Shown piece after piece: positions 9,921 through 22,513 of a stretch of 64,000 nucleotides of DNA. The number at the start of each line of letters is the position of its first letter. Within the stretch, counting starts at the first letter, position 1. Both the position numbers and the translations under genes were made by a program. Where the stretch lies: contig NW_027361825.1 of assembly GCF_039654945.1 (NCBI RefSeq), forward strand, positions 23,808,001 to 23,872,000, in the 5' to 3' direction. This stretch comes from Dendrobates tinctorius. Its lineage: Eukaryota. Under the pieces are notes generated by a model, which saw nothing but the letters and a program-made list of their open reading frames with translations, was not told where the DNA came from and did not search any database.

Positions 9921-12000
9921 TGTGAAGGGTTAATACTAAAATCAGCTGAAGTTTCGTTTTATCCATTCTCTGAAGATTTCGTTTCTTTGTTTTTGTTGAT
10001 GTAAGATAAATTTTGTAATTAGGTAAAAGTTCAAACTGTCATGAAACCAGACTGTTCCCATCAGGTACAAGATAAGGGAGGCGGGGGTGTAAAACTCTGA
10101 AGAATGTGCCATTATACTACTTTCTATTTGGATACGGACATATATGTAGTTTCCGGTTTTCTTGCAATATTATTGGCTTACAAAGTGAAATGATTTTATT
10201 GGTAGTTGAGAACCTTGCATAATTAAGCAAAATATTATAAAAGAAGTGACTAAAATAAAGGGGCTTAGTGATCTGTCTCGATCCTCCCATACAGAGACCC
10301 CCCATCTCGGTGTGGTCATTTGAGTTGCTAGCAACACTGGAATAATTTGGACATCACTGGCTCAACCGTGAAGGGTTAATTTAGCCCTCCCTATATAGCT
10401 ACCCCGACAGTGGTGCCCAACGTGGGGCCCCCGAATAGGGACGCCTCTGCCCCCGGAGGACAACAAGACAAAGGAACCTCGGAGCGGACACAGGTGCTGG
10501 AAAATTGGGACTGATCACCCCCCACGACAACCACGGTAAGTTGGCAGTTATACTGTTCAGACTGACCGTTGGTGTGGTTTTCCTGTGCTTGTTGCTGCAA
10601 AGAGGATCTGAGGTTCATGGGTGGAATCATATAGAGGTGTAGTCCCGTTGGGGGCCCAGTGCTCGAACCGTACCTCATAAGGTACGGACACCCCGGATTG
10701 ACCAGTGATTGTGGCTCTCTTTATAGTCAAAATACCCTGAAATTCCCGATCATTATTAGTATTGGGCGTGGTGATGTGATCGAAGATGGGTAGAATACGT
10801 AACTCAGGTATATATAGATAGATATATATAACCAGAGGTGTCCGGAGGGATAGTCTGAGACACCCTCCTCCTTTCACTGAGTACCGCGAATTTTGGGCAA
10901 TCCCAGAGGGGGATTATTGACCTGGTGGAACAGAGACTGAAATGGCCGCCAGAACTGTGCACAATTTAAGTCAGGATGTTTGGCTCTAATGGAGAGAATT
11001 ATGTTTCTGTGGAAGAAAAAGAAAAGTTTGGAATTGTGTGAAGGATCAGATACTGTTAGTCTTATGATTCAAAGACGAGGAAAGAAATTTATCAGGAATG
11101 CAGGAAAAATATTTTCGATTCTGGGATTTCCTAAGGGCGGGAGGTTGCAGCCTACGCTATGGGATGAAGGAGTTAAAAAGAATAAAGGAAGGTTGACTGA
11201 TGATGGATTACTTGAAGGCGCTGAGGAATTCCGTGGCTTGGCACATGAATTGTATAATGAAGGTTATGTGGACATTGAACTGCAAGTGAATTCTGATTGT
11301 TTCTGTTACTGCTATGTTGAAGAAGGAAAATTGTCTATTATTATGGCAAAGACGGGATGTATTGTGGTTCAAGAAAGTGACTGTGGTGTGAGAAAGTGAT
11401 TGATTAAAGAAGGAACAGAGATTAATGAGACAATGTGTCAGGCAGTTGAATAGTTAAAAGTGATGATTTGAAAGAAGAGGTCTCCCTGCTAGATGACAAT
11501 TGTACAAGGAGACCGAGAGTCGCAGCCCCCACCTCTGCTGACGGCACCTATTATCATCCGCTGCCAGCCTTAGTCCCCGTTATTGCTAGTGGTTGAGTAT
11601 CCACCCCTCCCATTTACCAGCTCCAGAGGAAAAAAAAAAAGTTTTCAGAAGACTTTAACCCGCTCTGTTCAGCAGAGAGAGAGAAAAAAAAAAGAGCAAA
11701 CAGCAGCCTCTAGCCCCCACCGCAGCTGCGAGCATACAGTGTGCCCTTCAGCCCACACAGCAAACTCTCACCCCCCCTCAGACTTCAGCTACTGGGAATC
11801 TTTCTCCCCAGCCCCTCCCTGCCAATTTTCGTCTGCAATGCACTGTGCTCGATTTGGACACTTTCAGAGAGATTGTCATTCCCCTGCTATTTTAATCGGA
11901 GTAGATGGTAGACCCAATTAATATACTTTTATAAACCCCATAAAACCCTTCCCCGAGGTTACTATTCAGTTTGTAATCGCTCCCACATGTCCTGTAAATT
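9921..12000 (+). mobile_element. Endogenous retrovirus remnant: 5' LTR, tRNA-Lys PBS, decayed gag
   Basis: LTR 9921-10409 (TG...CA, TATA ~10235, AATAAA ~10254). PBS TGGTGCCCAACGTGGGGC at 10411-10428 (17/18 to tRNA-Lys CTT complement). Donor-like GGTAAG ~10535. ORF 10980-11399 possibly matrix-like; frameshifted CCHC knuckle (CNA/CARFGHFQRDC) ~11833-11876. The 3' boundary is approximate. Confidence 0.75.
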
Positions 12001-12084
12001 TACTAGGGGCAGATTTATTATCACTGTACCGCTCCAGAATACAATTCCAAGATGATGGTCAGATGTTTTTTTTGTTATATAATC

Positions 12085-14065
12085 TGTTGTGAGTTCATTT
12101 TCCCCTTCGTCACTGAGGTCTGGTGAACTCCCTATTCTGGTAAAGGAAGGTAATGAGCCTGATTATCAGGAACCTGAGTCTAATGAGGATGACTGGCTGA
12201 GTGGAGTCACGGACTGGATATAAGGCTGCCGACGCCCTTCTGCCCTGCGGGTGATTTCTCTGTGGACTTCTAGGACACCAGTCTGATTCCTGCTCCTCTA
12301 AAGCTAAGTTTTTTGCTTTGCCTGTTGCATTTGTGTTTTGTTTTTGTTTTCCTTGCTTTTCTGGATTCTGCCATTCCCTGCTGGGGTGAGCTGAATCTCC
12401 TTTTGCCTGTAGCTCTGTCTTCAGAATATTCCTGAGTGCTGACATAGCTTTTTTGAAGCCTAGCGTCTTCAGGGCCTTTTTCACTGTCAGTCTGTTGGCT
12501 CTTATTTTCATAGGGTTTTTCACGGATTGCAGACAGCAGCCTTCCTGTCCTTTTCTATCTAGTTAGCTTGGGCCCCGTATTTGCTCAGTCTTTCTGTCTG
12601 TGTTAGTGTTTTCATCTTGCTTCACCGTCATTATATGTTGGGGGCTGCCTATTGCTTTGGGGTCTGCTCTGGGGCAGTTTAGATTTCCCCATTCTTTCTT
12701 TAGGCCTATTTATTTCTCCGGCTGTGATCGAGGGGTCTAGGGCATCGTAGGAACCCCCCACGGCTACTGCTAGTTGTGTTGATAGGTTCAGGGGTCTGCA
12801 ATCCGATAGCTGCCAACTTCTCTGGTTTTCTGGACTTAGCTAGCATTTCTATTTTTGCCTCCTACGGTGACTCATTCATAACAGAATCACCCGCCATACC
12901 GCAGATCCTAGGGTACTCAATAGCAGGAAAGAATTGTGCTTAGAAAAAAAAAAGTGTGTGTATATTCTTTCCTCTATATCTCTGAGGCCGTAGGGGGAAT
13001 TTTTTTTTTTTTCTCTCAATGGAGATAAAGCAATTGTCTGATCGTGTGGAGCAGCTCGCTGCGGAAGTGCTGGGAATTTCCGCCTACCTTGCTCATTCGC
13101 ATGCTGTTGAACCAAAGATCCCTACACCTGATGTATTTTTTGGGGATCGATCTAAATTTTTGAGTTTCAAAAATAATTGTAAATTATTTTTTGCCTTGAA
13201 GCCTAACTCGTCAGGGAGCTCCGCGCAGCAGGTTAAAATTGTCATCTCTTTGCTGCGAGGCGATCCCCAGGATTGGGCGTTTTCTTTGAAACCAGATGAT
13301 CCTATTCTGACTAATGTGAACGCATTCTTTCAAGCTTTGGGGTTGTTGTATGACGAACCTAATGCTATTGATCAGGCTGAAAAGACCCTGTTGGCATTGA
13401 ACCAGGGTCGAGATTCTGCAGAGTTGTACTGTCAAAAGTTCCGAAAGTGGGCGGTCCTTACTACCTGGAATGATAATGCCTTGGCTGCTCTCTTTCGGAA
13501 GGGTTTGTCAGAAGCCGTAAAAGATACTATGGTGGGATTTCCTGTTCCCTCTGGTCTGGACGATTCTATGTCATTAGCCATTCAGGTTGGTCGGCGTTTG
13601 CGTGAACGCAGGATTGCACGAGAGGTGTTGCCACCGGTTGAACAGATGTCTGAACCTATGCAATGTGATAGAGTTTTGTCTAAGGCGCAACGTCAGGAGT
13701 TCACAAGGCGTAATAAGCTGTGTTTTTTCTGTGGAGATGCCTCGCATATTATTTCTGTTTGTCCTAAACGAGAGAAACGCTTTGCACACACGTTTTCTGT
13801 TGGTGGTGTTCAACCTAAGTTTCTTCTGGCAATTACTCTGATCTGCTCCCTGTCCACATTTTCCGCCAAGGCTTTTGTGGATTCGGGAGCAGCGCTAAAC
13901 CTAATGGACTTGGATTTTGCTAAACATTGTGGATTTCCGATGACACCTCTGCAGACGCCTATCCCTTTGAGGGGGATTGATGCTACTCCTTTGGCTAAAA
14001 ATAAACCTCAGTTTTGGACCCAGGTGGTCATGCGGGACACTCCAGACCATCAAGACAATTGCAGA
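12085..14065 (+). mobile_element. Sushi/Tf1-type Gypsy LTR retrotransposon, 3'-truncated
   Basis: LTR 12085-12883 (TGTTGTGAGT...ATTCATAACA), followed by a gag-protease ORF. Confidence 0.85.
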
Positions 14066-14080
14066 TTTTTACGTGTATAA
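13019..14080 (+). CDS. Gypsy Gag plus aspartic protease (truncated pol)
   Basis: PEG10/RTL1-like capsid (PDVFFGDRSKF...ISLLRGDPQDWA...LNQGRDSAELYCQKFR), CCHC knuckle CFFCGDASHIISVC, protease FVDSGA; no RT follows. Confidence 0.85.
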   Translation: MEIKQLSDRVEQLAAEVLGISAYLAHSHAVEPKIPTPDVFFGDRSKFLSFKNNCKLFFALKPNSSGSSAQQVKIVISLLRGDPQDWAFSLKPDDPILTNVNAFFQALGLLYDEPNAIDQAEKTLLALNQGRDSAELYCQKFRKWAVLTTWNDNALAALFRKGLSEAVKDTMVGFPVPSGLDDSMSLAIQVGRRLRERRIAREVLPPVEQMSEPMQCDRVLSKAQRQEFTRRNKLCFFCGDASHIISVCPKREKRFAHTFSVGGVQPKFLLAITLICSLSTFSAKAFVDSGAALNLMDLDFAKHCGFPMTPLQTPIPLRGIDATPLAKNKPQFWTQVVMRDTPDHQDNCRFLRV

Positions 14081-14485
14081 ACGCACGTAATCCACACATG
14101 ACCTTATGGATAAAGCTAAGTAATGTGAAGTTTCCAAAGCTAAGCAATTTTACTTAAGACATGAAATGGCCAAAGGAGACAAAAATTGCAACAGAAAACA
14201 AATACAATAAAAACGCATGTAAAAAAAAAAAAAAATTGCACTAAAAAATGCAGCTTGTTAGAGCTAGAATGGACAGCTAGGAGACAGTTTCTTCCATCTC
14301 AAAGGAAACTTTACTGCTGCAGCCAATCAGTGAATACTGATTTGCTGCAGCGATCATGTCATATTCCCCTCCTGAAGGGGTGATCCGGTAGGAAAGTGTT
14401 GGTTTTTTTGTGGGGTGGGGGGAGTATATGCATTTCAGGACTACCATGGGCACATCTGTAAAATAAAATGTATAGTAGTGGCCAC

Positions 14486-14719
14486 TACTGATGAGTGAGC
14501 ATGTTCGTGTCCTAATCAAGTATTTTCGGCGTGCTCGAAAAATATGTGCGAGTCCCCGCGGCTGCTTGTCTCGCAGCTGTTCCGACAGCCTCAACACATG
14601 GAGGGATTGTCTGTTTGTGGAACAGCCGCGAGACATGCACCCATGGGGGCTCGAACATTTCTTTCAAGTGCGGTGAAAATACTCAAACAGGACACGAGTA
14701 TGCTCACTCGTCATCACTA
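14486..14719. mobile_element. hAT-type MITE (TAGTGATGAG family)
   Basis: TIRs TACTGATGAG...TCATCACTA; 8-bp TSD G(T/A)GGCCAC. Confidence 0.75.
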
Positions 14720-15481
14720 GAGGCCACCCCTTTTTCAAGGTCAAGTACATGAGGCTTAATATTCTAACACATACAACTCTTACAAAACACGTACAACCCT
14801 TTAAAAAGAAAGTTCTGCAACTGTTAAATGTTAGTGCTGTCCCATATTACAAATGAGTGGAAATTCTTGGCCAGAAAGAGGAAATGTTGCATAATCGCCT
14901 TGTTTGCTTCGCTTCTATCAGGCCGTTGTCACGTATTTGTGTTGGAAGTCAAAAAATATCTGAAAAAAGGCCAGAGCCAAGAACAGCACATTAAAAAAAA
15001 AAAAAATAATAATAATTTTATGCAAGGTCAACGCTCAATGGATCTGTAATCATAGACCTGAACCAGATAAGATCAGAAATGGGGGGGGGGGGGGGGAGGG
15101 AAAGCTCTCTTCCAGCTTTTAAGAGGAACATTACACTGAGGGGCTGTCTGCTGCAATAGATGTATGGAAAATTTTCATTGCTTTCAATCTCAGCATCAGT
15201 GGAGCTCTCAGAGGATGGACCCCCAACCTATCATTAAGTGATGGCTAGTTCAGAAAAAAATATCCTTCTAGACAGAAGGGAATGAGGAATTAAAATGTCC
15301 CCCCTATGTTTGCATGGAGACATACTGATTAATTGAGAATGTAGATTGTGAGCACCAATGGGGACAGTGATGATGATGTCTGTAAATGCTGTGGCACATT
15401 ATGGCACTATATAAGTAAACTAAAGAGAAACCTAAAAAGGGTCCTGGTGCCACAACTGCAGCGTTAATGGGACCGAGTTTA

Positions 15482-15912
15482 GACTAGCTTCAGACTAGCG
15501 TTTTGGCCCGCAGCGCACGGCCACCGCTAAGCCCTGCCACGCCCCCTCCGGTCATCTCCTAGTGTCGCACATCGCTGCATGCGATCTGCACACCCTATCT
15601 TTAGCATCGGGAGCGCAGACCGTGCCCTGGCCGTGCGCTAGTAGGATTTTGAGTGCGCTGTGCCCTTTTGACGGTGCTCCGAGCGCACCAAAATGCAATA
15701 TGGTGCGTTCGGCGCACGTCCGAGGACCGTCAAAAGTGCGCAGCGCATGCAAAATCCTATTAGCGCACGGCCAGCGCACCCTATGCTAAAGATAGGGTGT
15801 GCAGATCGCATGCAGCGATGTGCGACACTAGATGACTGGAGGGGGCACGGCAGGGGGTGGGGCTTAGCGGCGGCCGTGTGCTGCGGGCAAAAACGCTAGT
15901 CTGAAGCTAGCC
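15482..15912. mobile_element. Harbinger-type palindromic MITE
   Basis: TTA TSD; TIR G(A)CTAGCTTCAGACTAGCG...CGCTAGTCTGAAGCTAGCC. Confidence 0.8.
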
Positions 15913-16044
15913 TTATACATGAACATCGACCTGAAGTAAATGTCCCCTCTATTGTGTTTTATGTTATTGAGCCTGTAAAAATAAAATGAATCCCCAGTGA
16001 TCACACTGTTTACCAAATATATTCATTAGGATTTGCTCATCTTA

Positions 16045-17726
16045 AAATAAAAAAATCTGCTCTCATCAGTGAAGAGGACATGATGCCTATGTTGAATCTG
16101 CCAAACTTGGTGTTCTCTGGCAAATATCAATCTGCATGGTGTTGGGCTGTAAGCATAACATCCATATGTGACCATCGGACCCTCATACCACCCTCATGAC
16201 GTCTGTTTCTGACAGTATGAGCAGACACATGGCTGTTAGTGGCCTGTTGGAGGTCATTTTACAGGGCTCTGGCACTGATCCTCCTTGTTAGGGTTGCGGA
16301 TCGCACTAAATATAAACTATGAAAGTGTGATCGCAGCCCGGGGTCCACCATGCAGAGGTGGTATGCTGCTGCTAGGTAATGGAGGACGCTATATGGTGGT
16401 ATAAAGGAAGAACACACGTGGGTTAACGTCACCCGGTGTGTACAGGGCGAACTCTTACCTCACAAAGCCGCACTACCGCAGAACATAAATGCCGGAGCCT
16501 GTTTAGCTCACAGAGCCCGGCCACGGAGCGCACAGAATGCGGTCACAGAACTCTGCCCCAAAGACACGGGGTCAGAGTCCCTCTAGACCTTCTGAGCGTG
16601 CGGCGTCGCACCTGCGGACACCACTATAGACGCTGACTATGGTAGAGAGTCGAGCACGTGCACCGTGGAGTGCAGAGCCTGCGGTGGACACTGATGCCAG
16701 TCTCAGACTCTGCCTCTACCTACACCTAAGCCTGGGCGCTTAACAGGCTAGGCTGCACAACACATGCGTGCCAAGGGTAGGGGTTTCTTAATGAGTCATT
16801 CACCAGAGACATTCATACATGCATACAACACTCGCTTCTCATAGTCTGGTAATGCATTCTTTACTAGCGCATGGCCAAGTGGCCATGCGAACCTTTTATA
16901 GCAGAGTCCTTCCGGGACCTGCCTGATGGTCCAATCCAAGCTGGAGAAGGACCTGAGCACGTGACCTCCGATCTCCAATGGGAGATCGTCCCACAGGCAT
17001 GCTCAGTGGACCAAATGGAGGACTTAGTCCCTGGAGTAGCTCGCTGCTGGCCAGCATGCATTGCTATAGCTGGACCAGAGGTGGCAGCAGCAAAAAAACC
17101 CCACAGAGCTAGTCTGGGCAGAGCGCCAGGACCGACAAGTCTGCTCTGCGGCTGAAGAGGAATGGGAGACCGCCGGATGCAAGGCTCGGGATTCCCGCTG
17201 TGCAGCGACAGGAACCCGACGCCTAACACTCCTTGCACAAATTCTGTTGCTGGGGTGTTGCCCTCCTACGGCTCCCTCCACATCTCCTGGTATCTGTTCC
17301 ATGATCTGGACACTGCTAATAGGCACAGCTACACTTCTTGCCACAGCTCACATTGATGTGCCATCCTGGATGTGCTTCACTACAACCCACAGAAGTTGCT
17401 CAGGTAGACTGCCTCATGCTATTGTACAGTACCTCTAGGGGTGATAGCAATGACAAACTGTAAAAGTGACCAAAACAGTAGCCAAAAAGGATGAGAACAG
17501 AGAAATGGTTTGTGGTCACCATCTGCAGAACCACTCCTCTAAAGGAGTTGACTTGCTAATTGCCTATCATTTCTACCTGTTGTCTATTCCATTTGCACAA
17601 CAGCAGGAGAAATTGATTCACAATCGGTGCTGCTTCATAACTGGACAGGCTGATTTCACAAAAGTGTGACTGACTTGGAGTTACATTGTGTTGTTTAAGT
17701 GTTCCCTTCACATATTTGAGCAGTGT
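16045..17726 (-). mobile_element. Decayed Tc1/mariner remnant interrupted by a solo LTR
   Basis: TIR-like end TTTGAGCAGTG-TA at ~17726; degenerate transposase N-terminal sequence on both sides of the LTR. The left boundary is approximate. Confidence 0.6.
16286..17228. mobile_element. Solo LTR (943 bp)
   Basis: TGTTAGG...CCTAACA termini with perfect 5-bp TSD CTCCT; no internal coding region. Confidence 0.85.
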
Positions 17727-19914
17727 ATAAGCCACATAATTAGTGGAGTCATTTTGCACATACCTTGCACTGATCATGTAATTCATCCAGAGCTGCATTC
17801 ACAATTCTGTTTACTTTGTAAAATCAACACGACCTAGAAGTTACCAATGTGCTGACTCCATATGTAAGGCCACATTGCAATTATTAAATAATATGGTGGT
17901 ACACACTCCGTGCTGCCCGAGGTTCATACATACAAATACGCATGAAGGAGAAGCATGAACGCAGTTTATTGTTAACGAGTGTCAAGGTTTCTAAACCACA
18001 ATGATATTGTCAATCTTGAAACGCGCTGACAATAAACTGCATTCATGCTTAACCTTCGTGCGCATCTTTGAACCTTGGGCAGCGCGGACCCTGAACCACC
18101 ATATTCCTCATTCATTACAATGTATCTCCCTGGTGGTCCCTGCTGTAGCCTTTACATGCTTCTATAGGAGTTTTGACTGTCACAACCCTATCAGGTGAGC
18201 ATAACTAAAATATTTTGCACCACTCGGTTATTAGAGAACACCCTATTTGCGCTTTTGTTGTCTCACCAGTTTTACCATTTGATTTATTTGTAAGGCCACG
18301 TTCAGTATGTCGTCAGTATTTTACATCAGTATGTGTCAGCCAGCCAATACCAGAAGTGGGTGAAAAATACATAAGTGGGGACGTGTTTCTATTACACTTT
18401 TTCTCTGATTGTTCCATTCATGATTTTTACATCAGTATTGATAAGCCAAATACTGACCGTGGCCAAAATGACAGTAGTCTTCTTCAGTATGGATCCATGT
18501 GCTGAGATTTTCACCGATTGCTGAAGCAAAAAGGGCACAAGTGCTCAGCTAAGGGCAGCGCTCAACCACCCGTGGTGCTCAGAGTACCCGGACCCTCACC
18601 GATGAACACAGGCCAAGTTGCAAAATTGAAAGTTTGCTTTAAATGCAAGTACTAGTTGTACATGTTCCTGATTTTTTACATGCACCTTGCTCGTGTGATG
18701 GCGCCATTATATCTTCCACCTCGTATTGTGTTTTTTTTTTTTTGCCAAAAATATTAACTCCGGTTCCCGCATCTGCCTCCTTGGCAGCGTTCGTGCGACA
18801 GAGAAAGACCAGGCTTCCACGGATCATTCATCCCATTTGCTTTATTTAACACGGGCTCAGCTGCCTTATTAATGAGATGGTTCACAAGACGAAAGACGAG
18901 ACAAAGGATATGAACAGAAATGAATCTGCCTCCGAGAATGCAGATAAGTACGCACAACTATAGCGCTATGCACGAGGAAGAAGCAACCGTCACATGGCAA
19001 ACTGAGTGCTCCGCGGGTACAATGATGCCCCCTCTCCCTCCATGGAGCCCTTCCCAGAGGGCTGGACTGGCATCACCTGTATACCAAGGGCCTCGTATTC
19101 AGACATCGGCCATGTGTTACTAAAAGAAAGGAAGAATGGCTTTTTTTCTGGACCCGGTTCTCTGTGTGCAGCTTTTTGTAAGATATGAATAGATTATGTC
19201 TATATAGAATTTTTTTTGTATTTTGCTTTTTTTTTTTATATACTTTGTACAGGTCTATAAGGTTTAGTGGAGCAATGACCCCCATGAACCCTACAGGAAT
19301 GGCTAAGCCCAGGCAGCTGGCCTCTAGCTAAAATACACAAAACTCCAACATTTGGTCAAGCTGCAAGTTTAGGAAAAATTATACATATATTCTCATGTGT
19401 AAGGTAAGGGTAATATTATGACTTTTTGGACTAAGTTTTTGCTTTGTATTTTATCCCCCTCCCCATCCATCCATGCCCCCAAAATCCATGCAATGGTACA
19501 ATGACTGAGCCTGCCACTCCAAAAGCGAGGATTGCACAAATATATACTATCAAAATGTGACAGCGGGGGGGAGGATCCCACCTAAAAGTTGACAAGGGCG
19601 TAGCTGAAAACGTGCATGTTGCCCAGCTGTATAATTTGATCTCACAGGGACATCCAGTGACGACACATGGTGACCGCAGCCTGCAGGAGGATAGAAAGGA
19701 GCTCACTGATGCCGCCCTCCATTGCCTAAAAGGCTGCGTCCACTCTGCGGAGTCAACGGATCCCTAAAGAAGAGTCAACGGAAGTGACGGAGGATCTTGT
19801 GCTCAGTTTAAATCAAAAAAGTAAATGGGCTTAAAGTAAGTTTTCCCCCATCACACGCTAAAAATTCCTGATGTGGGCTCCGGCTAATGGGGAAGGAGAG
19901 CAAAGGTACGACCA

Positions 19915-20016
19915 TTAACGCAAATCCTCTTCTTCTCCTTTAATGGTCTTCTTAATGCGCAATAGCATTGTGGTGAGCCACTGGTCCAAGCGGGAGATGG
20001 AGTCAAACTCTTTCAC
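19915..20016 (-). CDS. napa: napa exon 11
   Basis: [33 protein letters not shown]. Confidence 0.95.
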   Translation of the reverse strand: MKEFDSISRLDQWLTTMLLRIKKTIKGEEEDLR

Positions 20017-22475
20017 CTGTTAATGAGAAGACAGGTAATACTGCAGCTTATTTATTAGGTGGTCATTGCATTAAAGGGGTCTTCTATCCTTTAGAGTGCT
20101 GTAAAGGGATTTTCTATTAAGGCTTTTAGAGCGCAGTGCACTAGGGAAGCACCAGATCATCCCTACAGACCTTGCTACGTATAAGCGCAACTATCTAGCA
20201 TCGTTATTTGCCTGCAGCCATGATGGCACCATTGTTGTTAAAATCCACTACAGTTTTGAGTTTTTATTGGCCAACTGTGAAACGTGTTTGTCGGGGAAAC
20301 CCCCCCTCAAGGAATTATCCAACTTTTACCTAAAGGCCAGGATCACACATGAGAGAAACTCAGACAAGTCTCGCATGTTAATGGATCGGAGCGTGCGGCT
20401 GCATACATAAAGCTGCATGCTCCGCTCCCAACTGCTGCCGGTTATTAACATGCGAGACTCGGCCATATTCCTCGCAAGTGTGATCCCGGCCAAAGGCTGC
20501 AAATGTACATTAAATTAAAAGTCAGGATTAGGTCCCTTATTTTGATATATGATGTAATGCACATAGTCTTTGTTTTTTTATATATATAATCATTACATTA
20601 CCATTGTACATATCAATGCAGATTATTACAGTTTTTTTTGTATTAAACTTTGTACATCTTGTATTATGTGAAGTAAGGGATGAGCAAAACAGATCACGGT
20701 ACTCAGGCAGCACCCATGGGCTGGACCAGAAGTCTACACTAGATACCATTAATCTTTTTACTCTTCTCTATACGAGATGTTCTCAAAGAAATCATAACAG
20801 TTCTCTCTTTTTTTAATCTACATTGTACCTGCAGCACCCGTACAATCCTCAGTTACAGGAAAAACCATCCCCACTATTAACACTAATTACAGGCAGAGCT
20901 GATCTGAGTTTGCTCTCCTGAGGAGGACCAGGGAGCCAAAGTGCTCAGAGGTCCCATTGCGGTTGCCTATATTCCTTACTTAGTCCCCGTCGCACAATAT
21001 GCACATTGGAAGAGCAGGAGCAGTGATGCTCCACTTCTGTCTTCTCCCCTTGCCCTCCAGCTACCTCCGACACTGGCAGCCGACTTGCTCTTGCTAGACT
21101 GCAGGAGCTTTAACCCCAGTGCAAGTTTTTAGACACAACCCAAAAAACTTTATCTGGAAGTAATGACTTACTGCATCCGTATAGTTGTCCACATTCTGCT
21201 CTTCATGAGCTTCAAGAAGTTTCTGTAATGATTCAAGAGATGATTACGAGACAAACTAGAAACACTGGGATCCAATAAAGAAGGAATAAAACTTTTTTTT
21301 TTTTCTTCAAATTTTGACATTTTCAACCTTTACCTATGATATTTCTGATTTTTTTTATTTTTTGATAATCCAATGTAAGATTTTATGAATTACCTTAACA
21401 AGTTTACACTCCCTGGAATCGGAGAAGGCTGGGAACATCTCCTCGTATTTCTGGACAGCCAGCTGCGATACAAACATGCAGGTCAGTAAGACGAGGATCC
21501 GGCCCATCGGATACACCCCCATCCTTGCACCAACCCGTTACGGTACCTTAGCATTGTACATATCGATGCAGAAATGGCAAAGGGCGGCTTTAAAGAAATA
21601 TTCTTTGGCACTGTACTTCAGTAGGGGGCTGTCCATCGCATTGGTGCCAACCTAACATGTAGAACAGAGAAAAAAAATATATATAATATAATAATACAAA
21701 AATCAGACAATGAATATATGTGATATATGTGATGGATGGTGAATGTGGTTATAAAGTCAGTGTGGTCTCACGGCATATCTACCTGCTCGTAGATTTCCAC
21801 GGCTTTGGGGTATTGTTCCAGTTGTGCCGCGTAAGTGGCGACTTTCAGCAGACATTTATTGGCAGAACTGAAGGAGAAACAGAAATACTAGGTGTGCGAT
21901 GACATAAGTACGGACTTATACCGAGACAAATCATGCAACAAATTGGCCATAGCAGAAAATCAATTGTGGCTACAACAGGTGTGACAACCTTTATTTGCAG
22001 GAAGCGGTTTATGGTCATAAAAATGTGATTTTACACAGAAAAGTTTTCAAGATGCTCCCAAATGATTCGCCGTACATTTATCAACCCCTACAAACACTTA
22101 CCTGTTAGATTCCTCTCCCTTGTAGTAATCTGCAGCCTGCTCATAGTGAGCTATGGCCTGGAAAGGAAAGGCATAAGAGCGATGAAAAATCATGTGATAT
22201 CTGACAGCCATAACTTGGTCACTTGTTTTGTAACTCTGGCAGATGGCCTCAAACAATTTGACCAAAATGTACCAAAAACCTGTTTTATAAGTGCAGTCTA
22301 TAAAAAAAATGTATTTAATAACTCTGAGTGCGGTGGTGTATATTTTATTGTATGTTATTGCATTATGTCGCTGCAGCTGTACATTTATTTCATTTTATTA
22401 GGGGGTGCTAAGCCATTTTTATTTTTGCTGTAGTGCTTAGGTAGACTTGAGGGCCTTCATTAGACACTATGGTGC

Positions 22476-22513
<38 letters not shown>

